From the IMG/VR virus record IMGVR_UViG_3300022200_000019, positions 62,001 through 126,000 of that record: a stretch of DNA of 64,000 bases. One strand, written 5' to 3'. Below, piece by piece: positions 49,876 to 59,311 of the stretch. The stretch's first letter is position 1; every line of letters starts with the position of its first letter. The notes beneath the pieces are model-generated. The model was not told the origin of the DNA. It worked only from the letters and a program-made list of their open reading frames with translations, and did not search any database. The translations under genes and the position numbers were made by a program.

Positions 49876-50389
49876 AGGATTTATGTGGGTTGCGGGCCAT
49901 GTTGACCCCTGGTGGGATAAAATGCATCGCGGATTAAACTATCATCGCGAACCATTTAATAATCCTGCAGATACAGAAATGTGGCGCAAAATGGGATTTA
50001 CACATGAGCATTTCACTGGCGAAATGTACGACATGAAAAATCCAGAACCACCTTGGATGAATATGAAAAAATTCCAAGAAGTGTTTAATTTCGAGCATTT
50101 GTCTTGGAGTTTCTATAAAATGACACCCGGTGTAATTTTACCAGAGCATGTAGATACATTTAGTAGGTTTAAGAAGATTCACAATACAAAAGGTAAAACT
50201 GTTGTTCGTGCGTTAGTAATGATGGAAGACTGGCAACAAGGACATTACCTAGACATGGATGGCAAAGCAATCACAGATTGGAAAGCAGGCGATTATGCTA
50301 TCTGGACAGAACGTTGTCCCCATACTGCTGCTAATATTGGCAGTACTGATCGTTATACACTACAGCTAACTGGATTAGTTACACTATGA
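49853..50389 (+). CDS. 2OG-Fe(II)/cupin dioxygenase (Asp beta-hydroxylase-like)
   Basis: PGVILPEHVD (HxD), HTAANIG..DRYTLQLTG. Confidence 0.7.
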   Translation: MAIPEISKGFMWVAGHVDPWWDKMHRGLNYHREPFNNPADTEMWRKMGFTHEHFTGEMYDMKNPEPPWMNMKKFQEVFNFEHLSWSFYKMTPGVILPEHVDTFSRFKKIHNTKGKTVVRALVMMEDWQQGHYLDMDGKAITDWKAGDYAIWTERCPHTAANIGSTDRYTLQLTGLVTL

Positions 50390-51309
50390 AAATTCACTCC
50401 TATAACGAATGGGATCCTTTGAAATCTATTGTTGTCGGGACCGCTAATAATGCTAACTGGCCAGGATACGATCCTGTATTTTCAAAAGAAATGGCAGACG
50501 CACCCTGGAAGGAAACACCAGCACCAAATGGACCTGTAGAACAATGGATCATAGATGAAGCAAATGAAGACCTGCAAGGGTTATGCGATATTCTAGAACA
50601 GGCCGGGGTAACGGTGTTGCGTCCAAGAGATATGGACTTTCCTAACTTAGGTGGCATGTATAATTATTGCCCGCGAGACCGCTGGCTAATTGCAGGCGAC
50701 ACAGTTGTAGACCCTGTTATGATGTATCCGGCACGTGACATGGAACGAGAAGCATACGAGGATATATTACCTAACTGTATGCCTTGTCGTTTACGCATGC
50801 CGCGGGGTAGAGGTATGGTGCTAGATGCTGCTAATATTACACGGCTAGGCGATACTTGGCTTATGTTAGAATCTGCTTCAGGCAACAGAGATGCATATGC
50901 ATGGCTGCAAATTCAATTTCCTGAAATTAACATTGAACTTGTAAATTTTTACGCAGGCGTGCATATTGATAGCACAATTTCACCCGTTCGGGAAGGACTT
51001 GTTATTGTTAATGGCCATCGTGTTAAACCAGAACAATTACCACAAACATTAAAAGATTGGGATATCATCTGGGTCAACGATGTTGTTCCTCAATCATTCC
51101 ATAATTACCCCTATGCAAGCAAATGGATTGCGATAAATACACTAAGTATCAACCCTAACACAATCATTGTAGATGCTGCTCAAACAGAGTTACACCGTGA
51201 ACTTGAAAAGCGTGGGGTTACAGTTGTTCCGCATACACTGAGACATTCACGAACACTTGGTGGCGGATTTCACTGCGTTACACTAGACTTATGGAGAGAA
51301 CATGCTTAA
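50386..51309 (+). CDS. Amidinotransferase (glycine/inosamine-phosphate amidinotransferase family)
   Basis: SYNEWDPLK, NYCPRD, DAAN, HIDST, GGGFHCVTLD. Confidence 0.85.
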   Translation: MKIHSYNEWDPLKSIVVGTANNANWPGYDPVFSKEMADAPWKETPAPNGPVEQWIIDEANEDLQGLCDILEQAGVTVLRPRDMDFPNLGGMYNYCPRDRWLIAGDTVVDPVMMYPARDMEREAYEDILPNCMPCRLRMPRGRGMVLDAANITRLGDTWLMLESASGNRDAYAWLQIQFPEINIELVNFYAGVHIDSTISPVREGLVIVNGHRVKPEQLPQTLKDWDIIWVNDVVPQSFHNYPYASKWIAINTLSINPNTIIVDAAQTELHRELEKRGVTVVPHTLRHSRTLGGGFHCVTLDLWREHA

Positions 51310-52591
51310 TACTGCTGATCTAGAACAATTAGTTCGCGACCAAGTTGCTAAATCAGTTAATGACGAAATCATCGGGCTATTAGATAGTGCAGATTGGCTA
51401 AACACCGTCGAAGCATCGATTATTGACTATGCACAACGGCGTGTAGTTGCTAAATTTAGCAATGCTGAATCAATGGCTCAAATTTTAAGCACAGTCGAAA
51501 CGTCAGTGAAAAACTTGTTTGAAAAAGGTAGCATTAAAAGTATTAAAGACTTAGTTAGTGAAGAAGCAATTCAAACAGTTATTAACAGCGAGCTTAACAA
51601 TAGTATTGGAACATATGTAGAAAAGTTATTTGCTGACAGTGAATGGGTTTCGAATGTTCGCAATAATGCAGTTGCACATTTTCTACGCAGTTTAGAAAAA
51701 GACTTAAAAGCAGTTAATATTAATCAGCTAGTTAATGAAAATGTCGAAAAACTATTTAAAGAATACGCAAAAACAATTCAATTTAACGGCATTGACGATA
51801 AGTCAACTGCAACGGAATTAACCGTGATGCCTGGCATGGTTGTGGCTGAAAATGATTTTGCAGCAAACACAATTCAGGCAGTTAAAAGTGTAACATCAGA
51901 AGACATTTTTGTGCATGGTTCGTTAATTGTGAAAGGGTCAGTTAACACTGATGGGTCTGCATGGGGAAGTTTAAAAGCATCAATTGAAAATAAAGTAATT
52001 GAAATATTTGACAGGGATTTTAAAAAAGCACTAGTCGATAGTGTTTTAGATATTGCTAGCAAACAGGGTATTGAATTTAATGAGGTTAAAATCAATGGAA
52101 TGCCAGTTCTGTCAGGATCTACTCTGAGTCCGGCTGTAACTGCGTCCGGCTTGCAAACTGTGGGCAATTTAAAAGAATTAACTGTGCTCGGGGAGGCTGA
52201 TTTTAATAACACCGTGTTTGTCGCAAACAAACGACTAGGCATCAATACTCGAGAGCCCAATAGTGTACTAAGTATCTGGGACGAAGAATGTGAAGTGTCT
52301 ATTGGTAAACATTCTGAGCAGACATCATTTATTGGATCAACCAGAAAACAAAATTTAAAAATTGGCGTCAACAATAAAGGTGCAATTACTATTGATACCA
52401 CCGGACTAGTAACCATCGAGCAATTGCGAGTAGGCAAACAACGTATTAGTCATGGTTCTGAGATTCCGGGGTATTCTGGCAGCAAAGGGGATATTGTTTT
52501 TAACATCAATGTTAGTCCCAAAAGTCCAGTATTTGCTTGGATGTGTGTGGGCGGATTTAATTGGATAGCCCTTGGAGCAAGTGTTTCTTAA
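51302..52591 (+). CDS. Hypothetical protein, probably virion-associated
   Basis: Helical N-terminal half; fibre-like SGLQTVGNLKELTV, RLGINT, KGDIVFN..WMC. Confidence 0.45.
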   Translation: MLNTADLEQLVRDQVAKSVNDEIIGLLDSADWLNTVEASIIDYAQRRVVAKFSNAESMAQILSTVETSVKNLFEKGSIKSIKDLVSEEAIQTVINSELNNSIGTYVEKLFADSEWVSNVRNNAVAHFLRSLEKDLKAVNINQLVNENVEKLFKEYAKTIQFNGIDDKSTATELTVMPGMVVAENDFAANTIQAVKSVTSEDIFVHGSLIVKGSVNTDGSAWGSLKASIENKVIEIFDRDFKKALVDSVLDIASKQGIEFNEVKINGMPVLSGSTLSPAVTASGLQTVGNLKELTVLGEADFNNTVFVANKRLGINTREPNSVLSIWDEECEVSIGKHSEQTSFIGSTRKQNLKIGVNNKGAITIDTTGLVTIEQLRVGKQRISHGSEIPGYSGSKGDIVFNINVSPKSPVFAWMCVGGFNWIALGASVS

Positions 52592-53142
52592 TGAATGTTT
52601 GTTGGGCTTTATCGCAGGACACTCCTGCTGGTGTTGTCTCTCATGATGTATTAACCAGCGTAGCACCAATTTGGGGACCACTGTCAAAATGGCGTGAATA
52701 TCAATGCGATAATACTATTTGCTATGACTTAAAAGAAGCTAAACAAATGATTAACCGCGCATTTCACGCAGTTACACACTTTTATGTTCCAAAAAGTTTT
52801 TATATTGACTTAGGACGTCCAGTTGGCGTCAGGATGTTTGAAGGCGAATTCAAAGATAATGCTATTGCCAATAAAGAAGACATTATCTTAATGAATTTAG
52901 TTGCTAACCATGATATTGTGTTAATGTTGGGTTTTGATTTAAGTCCCGTGGATAATGATATTGACCCACTGGAACAGCGTTTTGAAAAAGCATACAGACA
53001 TAATATTAAAACTATTATAAAAGATAATCCAAACACACAATTTGTTCTAGTTAACTACGAGAAAGATTTAGCAGAAAATTTTGAAGATTTAGATAATCTA
53101 ACAATTGACACGGTCGAATCGGTAGTTGAGTTACTCATATAA
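52591..53142 (+). CDS. Hypothetical protein
   Basis: TAATG-coupled start at 52591; IVLMLGFD motif. Confidence 0.5.
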   Translation: MNVCWALSQDTPAGVVSHDVLTSVAPIWGPLSKWREYQCDNTICYDLKEAKQMINRAFHAVTHFYVPKSFYIDLGRPVGVRMFEGEFKDNAIANKEDIILMNLVANHDIVLMLGFDLSPVDNDIDPLEQRFEKAYRHNIKTIIKDNPNTQFVLVNYEKDLAENFEDLDNLTIDTVESVVELLI

Positions 53143-53170
53143 AAAGCGGGCCAATGGCCCGCTTTGTTTT
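53143..53170. terminator. Bidirectional terminator between convergent genes
   Basis: aaagcgggcc-aat-ggcccgcttt. Confidence 0.8.
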
Positions 53171-53185
53171 TGGAAATAATTCGAA

Positions 53186-53560
53186 TTATTTCTTTTTCTT
53201 AGGTGCTACTTTCTTCTTTTTAACAACAGTTTTCTTTTTAACAACAGTCTTCTTCTTTGGTGTTGATTTTTTCTTAGTAGTTGCTTTCTTAACAGCAGTC
53301 TTAGCCTTGCCCATAGCGACTTTTGCGTCTTTGGCAGTTACTTTGCCGTCACCGTCAACATCTGCAATCTTCTTAGCAGTAGCAGTTGCCTTAGCAGCTA
53401 CTTCTTCGACTTTAGCTTTTGCTTCTGTGCCTAGTACCTTAAGGTCTGCGGCATCTACTTTGCCATCATTGTTCAAGTCGAGACCAGTGCCTTTTTCGCG
53501 AACAATTGAATAAACCAAATATGCTGCGATCGCCACAGCAACAATAATGATAATTTCCAT
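53186..53560 (-). CDS. Membrane-anchored protein with two Dx[DN]xDG loops and a Lys-rich tail
   Basis: N-terminal TM; DLNNDGKVDAAD, DVDGDGKVTAKD; KKKTVVKKK tail; GGAG RBS. Confidence 0.7.
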   Translation of the reverse strand: MEIIIIVAVAIAAYLVYSIVREKGTGLDLNNDGKVDAADLKVLGTEAKAKVEEVAAKATATAKKIADVDGDGKVTAKDAKVAMGKAKTAVKKATTKKKSTPKKKTVVKKKTVVKKKKVAPKKKK

Positions 53561-53673
53561 TTTTAATCTCCGTTATAACGTGCAAATATTTATATTCATT
53601 ATATGCGTATATTAAAAAAAATATATAGAAAATTTAATAAAATATTGGTAAATTTAATAAAAATTACCTGTAA

Positions 53674-53693
53674 TTGTTGTAAAAATACAACAA
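53674..53693. promoter_or_regulatory. Palindromic operator-like site
   Basis: Perfect ttgttgta-aaaa-tacaacaa, 9 nt before TTGACA. Confidence 0.65.
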
Positions 53694-53702
53694 AATTAAT
53701 GC

Positions 53703-53732
53703 TTGACAAACCGCGCAAAAACATCATATACT
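53703..53732 (+). promoter_or_regulatory. Sigma70-type promoter (leaderless)
   Basis: TTGACA-18-TATACT; ATG 53739 6 nt downstream. Confidence 0.7.
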
Positions 53733-53738
53733 ATGCAT

Positions 53739-54179
53739 ATGAAAGTAAGAGAACTAGCACGAGCAATGAGTAAGCCTGTTCCGGGCAAGGACGACTATTG
53801 GCGTAATCTCTACTTTCCTAGCCGACACAAGATCACTCGTACATACAACGCACTGAACAAACTTATTTTTAATAATAAACTTAATCCTTGCAAGATTGTA
53901 ACCAAGTCGTTGTCCAACGCTTGGGCATTTGCCTATCAAGAACCTGGATTTCGCACAGAGATTCATCTTAATGGTCGTTATCCTTGTGAGCAATATTTTA
54001 TTGCTGTGTTAGGGCACGAAATGGTACACCAATGGCAATGGGATGTTGAGGCTCCAATTCGACGCAAACAAGGTCTAAAAGAGCGCACAGGGCATGGTAT
54101 AAACTTCTACGAATGGAAGGATATATTTGAATATCATGATATCCATTTTGGAAGGACTATTCCACATTATCATAAATGA
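53739..54179 (+). CDS. SprT-like zinc metalloprotease
   Basis: YNALNKLIFNNKL, LGHEMVHQWQ, HGINF. Confidence 0.8.
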   Translation: MKVRELARAMSKPVPGKDDYWRNLYFPSRHKITRTYNALNKLIFNNKLNPCKIVTKSLSNAWAFAYQEPGFRTEIHLNGRYPCEQYFIAVLGHEMVHQWQWDVEAPIRRKQGLKERTGHGINFYEWKDIFEYHDIHFGRTIPHYHK

Positions 54180-54442
54180 GTTGGATATCGCTACCGGACC
54201 CTATACGATCTTCATGCTATAATTGTAAGCATTTAGAGTTTACAGAAGAATGGATTACATGTTATCCTTGGGAAGTTGGTCTAGGACATGCAAGCCATTC
54301 GCAAGGTGCTTTTTTAAAATGGCCCGGTGATGCCCATTGCAGTATTCATAATCGAATTGCATCTAATGCATTAATGTGCATGGAATTTGAACATAAATCC
54401 GGATACTCTCACTGGAGTCTTCACCAAAAATATAGACAATAA
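54176..54442 (+). CDS. Hypothetical Cys/His-rich protein
   Basis: ATGA-coupled; CYNCKH. Confidence 0.5.
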   Translation: MSWISLPDPIRSSCYNCKHLEFTEEWITCYPWEVGLGHASHSQGAFLKWPGDAHCSIHNRIASNALMCMEFEHKSGYSHWSLHQKYRQ

Positions 54443-54461
54443 TCAGCGAAACATATATAAT
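54433..54461 (+). promoter_or_regulatory. Sigma70-type promoter (leaderless)
   Basis: TAGACA-17-TATAAT, ATG 5 nt downstream. Confidence 0.65.
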
Positions 54462-54466
54462 AACAT

Positions 54467-54844
54467 ATGTTCGCAATAGGCGATATACACATGGATCAAG
54501 ATCCACCCAAGAAACCTAATATGGAACGAGACATTAGGCGCTCGTGGCACATTTGCGACAAAATTGAACAAAATGCTGAATATGCGCAACGGATGTATGC
54601 TGCCTTGTGTAACACAGAATGGGGCAAAGCAGATTTATTTGAACGCATCAAAGGAACAACATGGGCCTGCTCTTGGCGCTATGCAGGAGAACTTGTTGCT
54701 AATATAGGCAACAGAAACGAGGATTATTTGGACTATTATTGTTCCGGAGGTGAAGGACACGTAGACGATGAAATACGTGAAGATTTAAAATCAATAGGGT
54801 GGGTATTGGTATCTGCACCCACTACATTAGAAGACTTTATTTAA
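54467..54844 (+). CDS. Hypothetical phage protein
   Basis: YAALCN..W.CSWRYAG..DYLDYYCSG. Confidence 0.6.
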   Translation: MFAIGDIHMDQDPPKKPNMERDIRRSWHICDKIEQNAEYAQRMYAALCNTEWGKADLFERIKGTTWACSWRYAGELVANIGNRNEDYLDYYCSGGEGHVDDEIREDLKSIGWVLVSAPTTLEDFI

Positions 54845-54856
54845 ACGAGAAAAGCA

Positions 54857-55801
54857 ATGACAATTACTGTGTTTGTTGGTGATAACGATGAAATTATTGC
54901 AACAAAGGCTAAAGAATACGATAGCAATGCGTATCTGTTGCATACTAAAAACTTTGAGGAATTTTTAAGATTAGATCCGGAATCTAACGTTACTGTGTAT
55001 ACAGCACTTAGTGATTTACCAAAAATAACTACCGAACGAGCTGTAATTTACGAAGTCTTAACAAAAGCTGATAATATCTATTATATTGAACCTAACCAAT
55101 GGAGCGATGACATTGGAAGTTTTCAATTGGTTGGTCAAAAATATTTAACAGAGTTTTTTCTATACATGAGTCATAGAGAAAAACATAATGTCAAAAATCT
55201 AATTCTAGATGCCTATATTGATAATAACTATATTAAATTAAAAGATTATAGAAAGTCAGATACTCCTAACTTGTTTGTAGCTGGGTGTAGTTGTACTGCG
55301 GGAGTAGGTGTTGACAATCATGAGAAGTTTTCTAGTCTAATTTCTAAAGAAATTAATATGCCTTTAGTAAATTTAGCAAAAGAGGGAAGTTCTATTGAAT
55401 TTGCGGCAGATCAGATTCTAAGATCAGATGTTAGAGAACACGACATTATTATTTGGGGATTGACTCAGGAAATGCGTTTTGTTAAATGGGAAAACAACCA
55501 AGCAATTGGTGGAAACTGGACTAGCAAAGAACATTTGTTTGATGAAACCCATTTGTATAAATCAATAATTAGTGTGCACCAGGTTGTTAACTTTTGTAGG
55601 AAAGTTGGAGCAAAATTAATTTTATTACCATTAATTTCAACCGAGCGCCTTCGATTACTTTTGTCAAACATTGATGAGTATTATGAAAGACCATATCAAA
55701 CTAAGCCCATTGATTATGGAACAGATCATATTCATGCTGGACCAAAACAGCACCGTAATATTGCAGATTTTTGTTTAAACATTATTAATAAAGAGAAATA
55801 A
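54857..55801 (+). CDS. SGNH hydrolase-like protein
   Basis: [25 protein letters not shown]. Confidence 0.55.
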   Translation: MTITVFVGDNDEIIATKAKEYDSNAYLLHTKNFEEFLRLDPESNVTVYTALSDLPKITTERAVIYEVLTKADNIYYIEPNQWSDDIGSFQLVGQKYLTEFFLYMSHREKHNVKNLILDAYIDNNYIKLKDYRKSDTPNLFVAGCSCTAGVGVDNHEKFSSLISKEINMPLVNLAKEGSSIEFAADQILRSDVREHDIIIWGLTQEMRFVKWENNQAIGGNWTSKEHLFDETHLYKSIISVHQVVNFCRKVGAKLILLPLISTERLRLLLSNIDEYYERPYQTKPIDYGTDHIHAGPKQHRNIADFCLNIINKEK

Positions 55802-55802
55802 T

Positions 55803-56426
55803 ATGCCACATTTAGTACCGATTGTAGTAGAAAACACAAGCAAAGGCGAGCGCAGTTATGACATTTACAGCCGCTTGCTTAAAGAACGAATTGTAATGCT
55901 AGACACAGAAGTTAACCAGCATTCAGCGAGCCTAATTGTAGCACAGTTGCTATTCTTAGAATCAGAAGATCCGGACAAGGATATTAACTTTTATATTAAC
56001 AGTCCAGGCGGGTCAGTAACAGCAGGACTGTCAATTTATGATACAATGCAATACATTAAATGTGATGTGCGTACTATTGTAATGGGCCAAGCAGCGTCAA
56101 TGGGCAGTTTTCTGGCACAAGCAGGTGCATCAGGCAAACGTATTGTACTCCCAGAATCACGCACGATGATTCATCGTGTAAGTTCGGGAACCCCGGGCAC
56201 TTCCGGATCAGTTCACGTACAAGAGCTGGAATTTGAAGACATGAAGCGCAGCTTGGATGAAGCAAAGCGTCTAAACAAGCGTCTAGTCGAGTTGTATGTA
56301 AAGCACAACAGCAAGGGCAAAAACTACGACGAGCTGTACGAAACTATGAAATTTGACACTTTTCTGAGTGCTCAGGATGCGGTAGAATTTGGGCTTGCAG
56401 ACGAAGTTGCGGAGCCTAGAAAATAA
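55803..56426 (+). CDS. clpP: ATP-dependent Clp protease proteolytic subunit ClpP
   Basis: [29 protein letters not shown] (Ser), MIH (His), DTF (Asp). Confidence 0.96.
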   Translation: MPHLVPIVVENTSKGERSYDIYSRLLKERIVMLDTEVNQHSASLIVAQLLFLESEDPDKDINFYINSPGGSVTAGLSIYDTMQYIKCDVRTIVMGQAASMGSFLAQAGASGKRIVLPESRTMIHRVSSGTPGTSGSVHVQELEFEDMKRSLDEAKRLNKRLVELYVKHNSKGKNYDELYETMKFDTFLSAQDAVEFGLADEVAEPRK

Positions 56427-57713
56427 ATGTCTCTAAAAGACACATTTTGTCCTAGTCCGTGGTTTCACATGCGAATCAATAATGGAGGACATTATGAATT
56501 TTGTCGATGGGCTGTAAAAACCAAGGAAAGAAACGAAACTCCAAATATTACAGAAGTTGATCCGGAAACTTTCTTTCGGGACAATATGAAATCAATACGA
56601 AGTCGTATGGTTAATGGAGATGTTATTAACGAATGTGCAGAATGTATGTTAGTTGATAAACACAAAAAAGTTTCCGGAAGGCAACGCCAGTTATTAAAAA
56701 TCGGAGTGCAAATTGAAAATTTTGAAAAAAGTTTATTAAGCAGCACATGGATCAATCAATTTACCCCTGACGGAAGTACAGACCTGTTACCTGTTGATTG
56801 GCAAATCGACTTGGGTAATTTTTGTAATGCGTCCTGCATTTTTTGTACTCCTGTATCAAGTTCAAAAATTGCATCTGAGTGGAAAAAGTTGGGATTTATC
56901 GAAACACTACCAAAAAATTCATGGTGCGATGACGAAAAAAGTCTTTCAACATTTATAGATTTACTAATAAAAACTCCAAATCTAAGATATCTTCATTTTA
57001 TTGGAGGCGAAACATTAATTACACCGGCATACAAAAAAATATTAGAGGCGTTAGTTGCTGCTGGACAGCAAAATTTGACCATTGGATTCACTACAAATTT
57101 AACAGTTTGGGATGAATCCATTATTAATTTAATGTCAAAGTTTGATAGTATTAATGTTGGATTAAGCATCGAGACATTACATCCAGTTAACGATTACGTA
57201 AGATATCCTTCGAAAATCGAAGAGGTAAAATCAACACTAGATAAATGGGTAGAAGTGATATCTAAGTATGATTGGTTGGCACAAATACGTATAACTCCAA
57301 CTGTATTTACTGTTGGTTATTTGGATTCAATTTATGATTATGCATTAACAAATAACGTATCAATTGAAAGTTGTAATTTCCTGAATGAACCGGCATATAT
57401 GAGACCGTCGGTACTTCCGGAGTCGTTGCGTCATGATGCAATAGATAAACTTACGTCGTGGATTTGTAAGCATGAAACTACTATTATTAATAATAATAGT
57501 AATATTATTAATACTAGGAATCCAAACACGTACAAGGATCAATTAATCCAAGATGCAAAAAGTTATGTTAATTATTTAACTAACGAAGCATACGAAACCG
57601 ATCGATCATCAGATTTGATTAAATTTATTAAAACTGTTGAAAAAAATAGAAATAACTCAATTTTAGATTATTTGCCTGAATATGAAGAATTTTTACGAGC
57701 TGCTGGATACTAA
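56427..57713 (+). CDS. Radical SAM protein with N-terminal SPASM/twitch-like Cys cluster
   Basis: CNASCIFC, FIGGETL, FTTN; N-terminal CPSPW..C..CAEC. Confidence 0.8.
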   Translation: MSLKDTFCPSPWFHMRINNGGHYEFCRWAVKTKERNETPNITEVDPETFFRDNMKSIRSRMVNGDVINECAECMLVDKHKKVSGRQRQLLKIGVQIENFEKSLLSSTWINQFTPDGSTDLLPVDWQIDLGNFCNASCIFCTPVSSSKIASEWKKLGFIETLPKNSWCDDEKSLSTFIDLLIKTPNLRYLHFIGGETLITPAYKKILEALVAAGQQNLTIGFTTNLTVWDESIINLMSKFDSINVGLSIETLHPVNDYVRYPSKIEEVKSTLDKWVEVISKYDWLAQIRITPTVFTVGYLDSIYDYALTNNVSIESCNFLNEPAYMRPSVLPESLRHDAIDKLTSWICKHETTIINNNSNIINTRNPNTYKDQLIQDAKSYVNYLTNEAYETDRSSDLIKFIKTVEKNRNNSILDYLPEYEEFLRAAGY

Positions 57714-58122
57714 TCCAACAATAGAACTTATTCTTGAATTAGAAGTTATTAATCATAACGGCGACCCTGTTATTGAAGTATTTTTAAATAACGAGAGAAT
57801 TTATGGGAAATATCCGTTAACAAGTTTCCGCAGAATTTATACTAGGTTGGGTTTATTGGAACCTGTTAAACTAGAAATATCAATGAGCAATAAACAATAT
57901 AATTCTAAACAAGAAACTGCAATTAATATTAAAAACTTTTTTATTGATGATATTAATATAATCCCAACTTATAATCATCTGATAGATTATCAAAACGATC
58001 ATAATATAAACACTAAAACAAATTATCTTGGATATAATGGTACTTGGACACTAGATATCAACCGTCCGTTTTACCAATGGTTACACCAAGCAACTGGTCA
58101 AGGCTGGTTACTTGAGCCATAA
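57682..58122 (+). CDS. Hypothetical protein
   Basis: ORF overlapping the end of the radical SAM gene. Confidence 0.5.
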   Translation: MKNFYELLDTNPTIELILELEVINHNGDPVIEVFLNNERIYGKYPLTSFRRIYTRLGLLEPVKLEISMSNKQYNSKQETAINIKNFFIDDINIIPTYNHLIDYQNDHNINTKTNYLGYNGTWTLDINRPFYQWLHQATGQGWLLEP

Positions 58123-58154
58123 AAATTTTTTATGAAAAAAATTCAAAAAAGTAG

Positions 58155-58270
58155 TAGACATACCAAAAAATAGATTGTATAATACACATATTGCTCAAGG
58201 AAATCCTGTAGCAAGATTTTTGAAAAATTGTTAACAAAGTGGTTGACAAGGTTTCAAAAACGTGTATAAT
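58155..58270 (+). promoter_or_regulatory. Tandem sigma70-type early promoters
   Basis: TAGACA-17-TATAAT (58155-58183) and TTGACA-16-TATAAT (58243-58270). Confidence 0.75.
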
Positions 58271-58340
58271 ACACGAACATGTTTAGATATTAAGCATGGT
58301 GATAATTTTAACTTTTAACCTTTTATAAGGAATTTTGAAA

Positions 58341-58586
58341 ATGGCACTTATTAAGCTCTCAACTTCACAGAACCGTTTCCTCCACGATCATCTGCGTGGC
58401 ACCGGTCGCTCACTTACCGCAGCACAAGCTCGTGCAACCTATGGCATTCAGAACATTCGTGCTCGCATGACCGAACTGCGCCACAAGGGTCTGGTTGTAC
58501 GCACTGAAAAGAATACCGCTGGCCATACGGCTTACAGTATCTCAGCTCGTGACATTTGTGGTTCACGTGCTAAGGCATCGGTCTAA
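58341..58586 (+). CDS. Small winged-helix DNA-binding protein
   Basis: SLTAAQARATYGIQNIRARMTELRHKGLVV..Y; AAGGA RBS. Confidence 0.65.
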   Translation: MALIKLSTSQNRFLHDHLRGTGRSLTAAQARATYGIQNIRARMTELRHKGLVVRTEKNTAGHTAYSISARDICGSRAKASV

Positions 58587-58663
58587 CTTACAGTTATAGT
58601 AACTTGACATGCCTCCTTTGTTAGGTTAGACCAAAATACAGGGGCTCTTCGGAGCCCCTTTTT
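58580..58663 (+). ncRNA. Candidate 3'-UTR-derived sRNA: hairpin with anti-SD loop plus terminator
   Basis: Stem ggtctaactta/taggttagacc, loop ending GCCTCCTT, then aggggctc-TTCG-gagcccct-tttt. Confidence 0.5.
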
Positions 58664-58689
58664 AATAATCTTGTATCTGGAGTCTTATC

Positions 58690-59046
58690 ATGGAATTCTC
58701 ACTTACCTGGGCAGATCTTCTGAGTATCTTTGCAGGTTACATTGCCGTGCGCTGGTTGATGAAATCGGTCAAAGTAGATGTAATATACAAATATGGTGCT
58801 GATGATATCGAAGAGATCGAAGAAGAAATCATTGAAGCAGTAGATGCAAAACATATTCGTATGCGTGTTGAACGTGAGTGCGGAACACTGCTTGCTTATG
58901 ATGTACACACAAATGCATTTGTGGCGCAAGGACATACCTGGGACGAACTGGGAGAAAACTTCCAGGATCGCTATCCAGAACGCATTGGTTGGGTTATGCC
59001 CGAACGTGATGGTGACCCACATCGTATGATTCCAAACGCCAAATAA
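58690..59046 (+). CDS. Hypothetical membrane-anchored protein
   Basis: GGAG RBS, N-terminal TM. Confidence 0.6.
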   Translation: MEFSLTWADLLSIFAGYIAVRWLMKSVKVDVIYKYGADDIEEIEEEIIEAVDAKHIRMRVERECGTLLAYDVHTNAFVAQGHTWDELGENFQDRYPERIGWVMPERDGDPHRMIPNAK

Positions 59047-59055
59047 GGAAATATT

Positions 59056-59283
59056 ATGGAACTTCGTAATCTTGTACCCGAACAAAAAATTTCAGTTAAA
59101 ATTGCCAATTGGACACACAAAACTACTATTCAAGAATATTCACACATAATTGCTGATCCCAGATATATTGAATCTGTGAGCCAAGGGTTACAATCACTCG
59201 ATGATGGTCTGGAAGATACGATTAACCTGGTGGGTGTTTCTGGTTTTTGGAATGGTATTGAAACGTCAATCGATCTGATCTGA
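59056..59283 (+). CDS. Hypothetical protein
   Basis: AAGGA RBS. Confidence 0.5.
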   Translation: MELRNLVPEQKISVKIANWTHKTTIQEYSHIIADPRYIESVSQGLQSLDDGLEDTINLVGVSGFWNGIETSIDLI

Positions 59284-59311
59284 TACGTAAATACCTTGAC
59301 CAAAGGATTTT

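Noticed and set aside
53154-53513. Hydrophobic + strand ORF of 119 aa
   Set aside because: Antisense shadow of the Lys-rich minus-strand gene; starts within a terminator
58185-58225. Tiny RNA between the tandem promoters (ttgct..agg-aaat-cct..agcaa)
   Set aside because: Weak hairpin with GGA in the stem rather than the loop; insufficient support for a CsrA-sponge call
58563-58610. Minus-strand micro-ORF MSSYYNCKLDRCLST behind AAGGAGG
   Set aside because: SD-to-ATG spacing is only 1 nt and no promoter is evident; better explained as the anti-SD loop on the + strand
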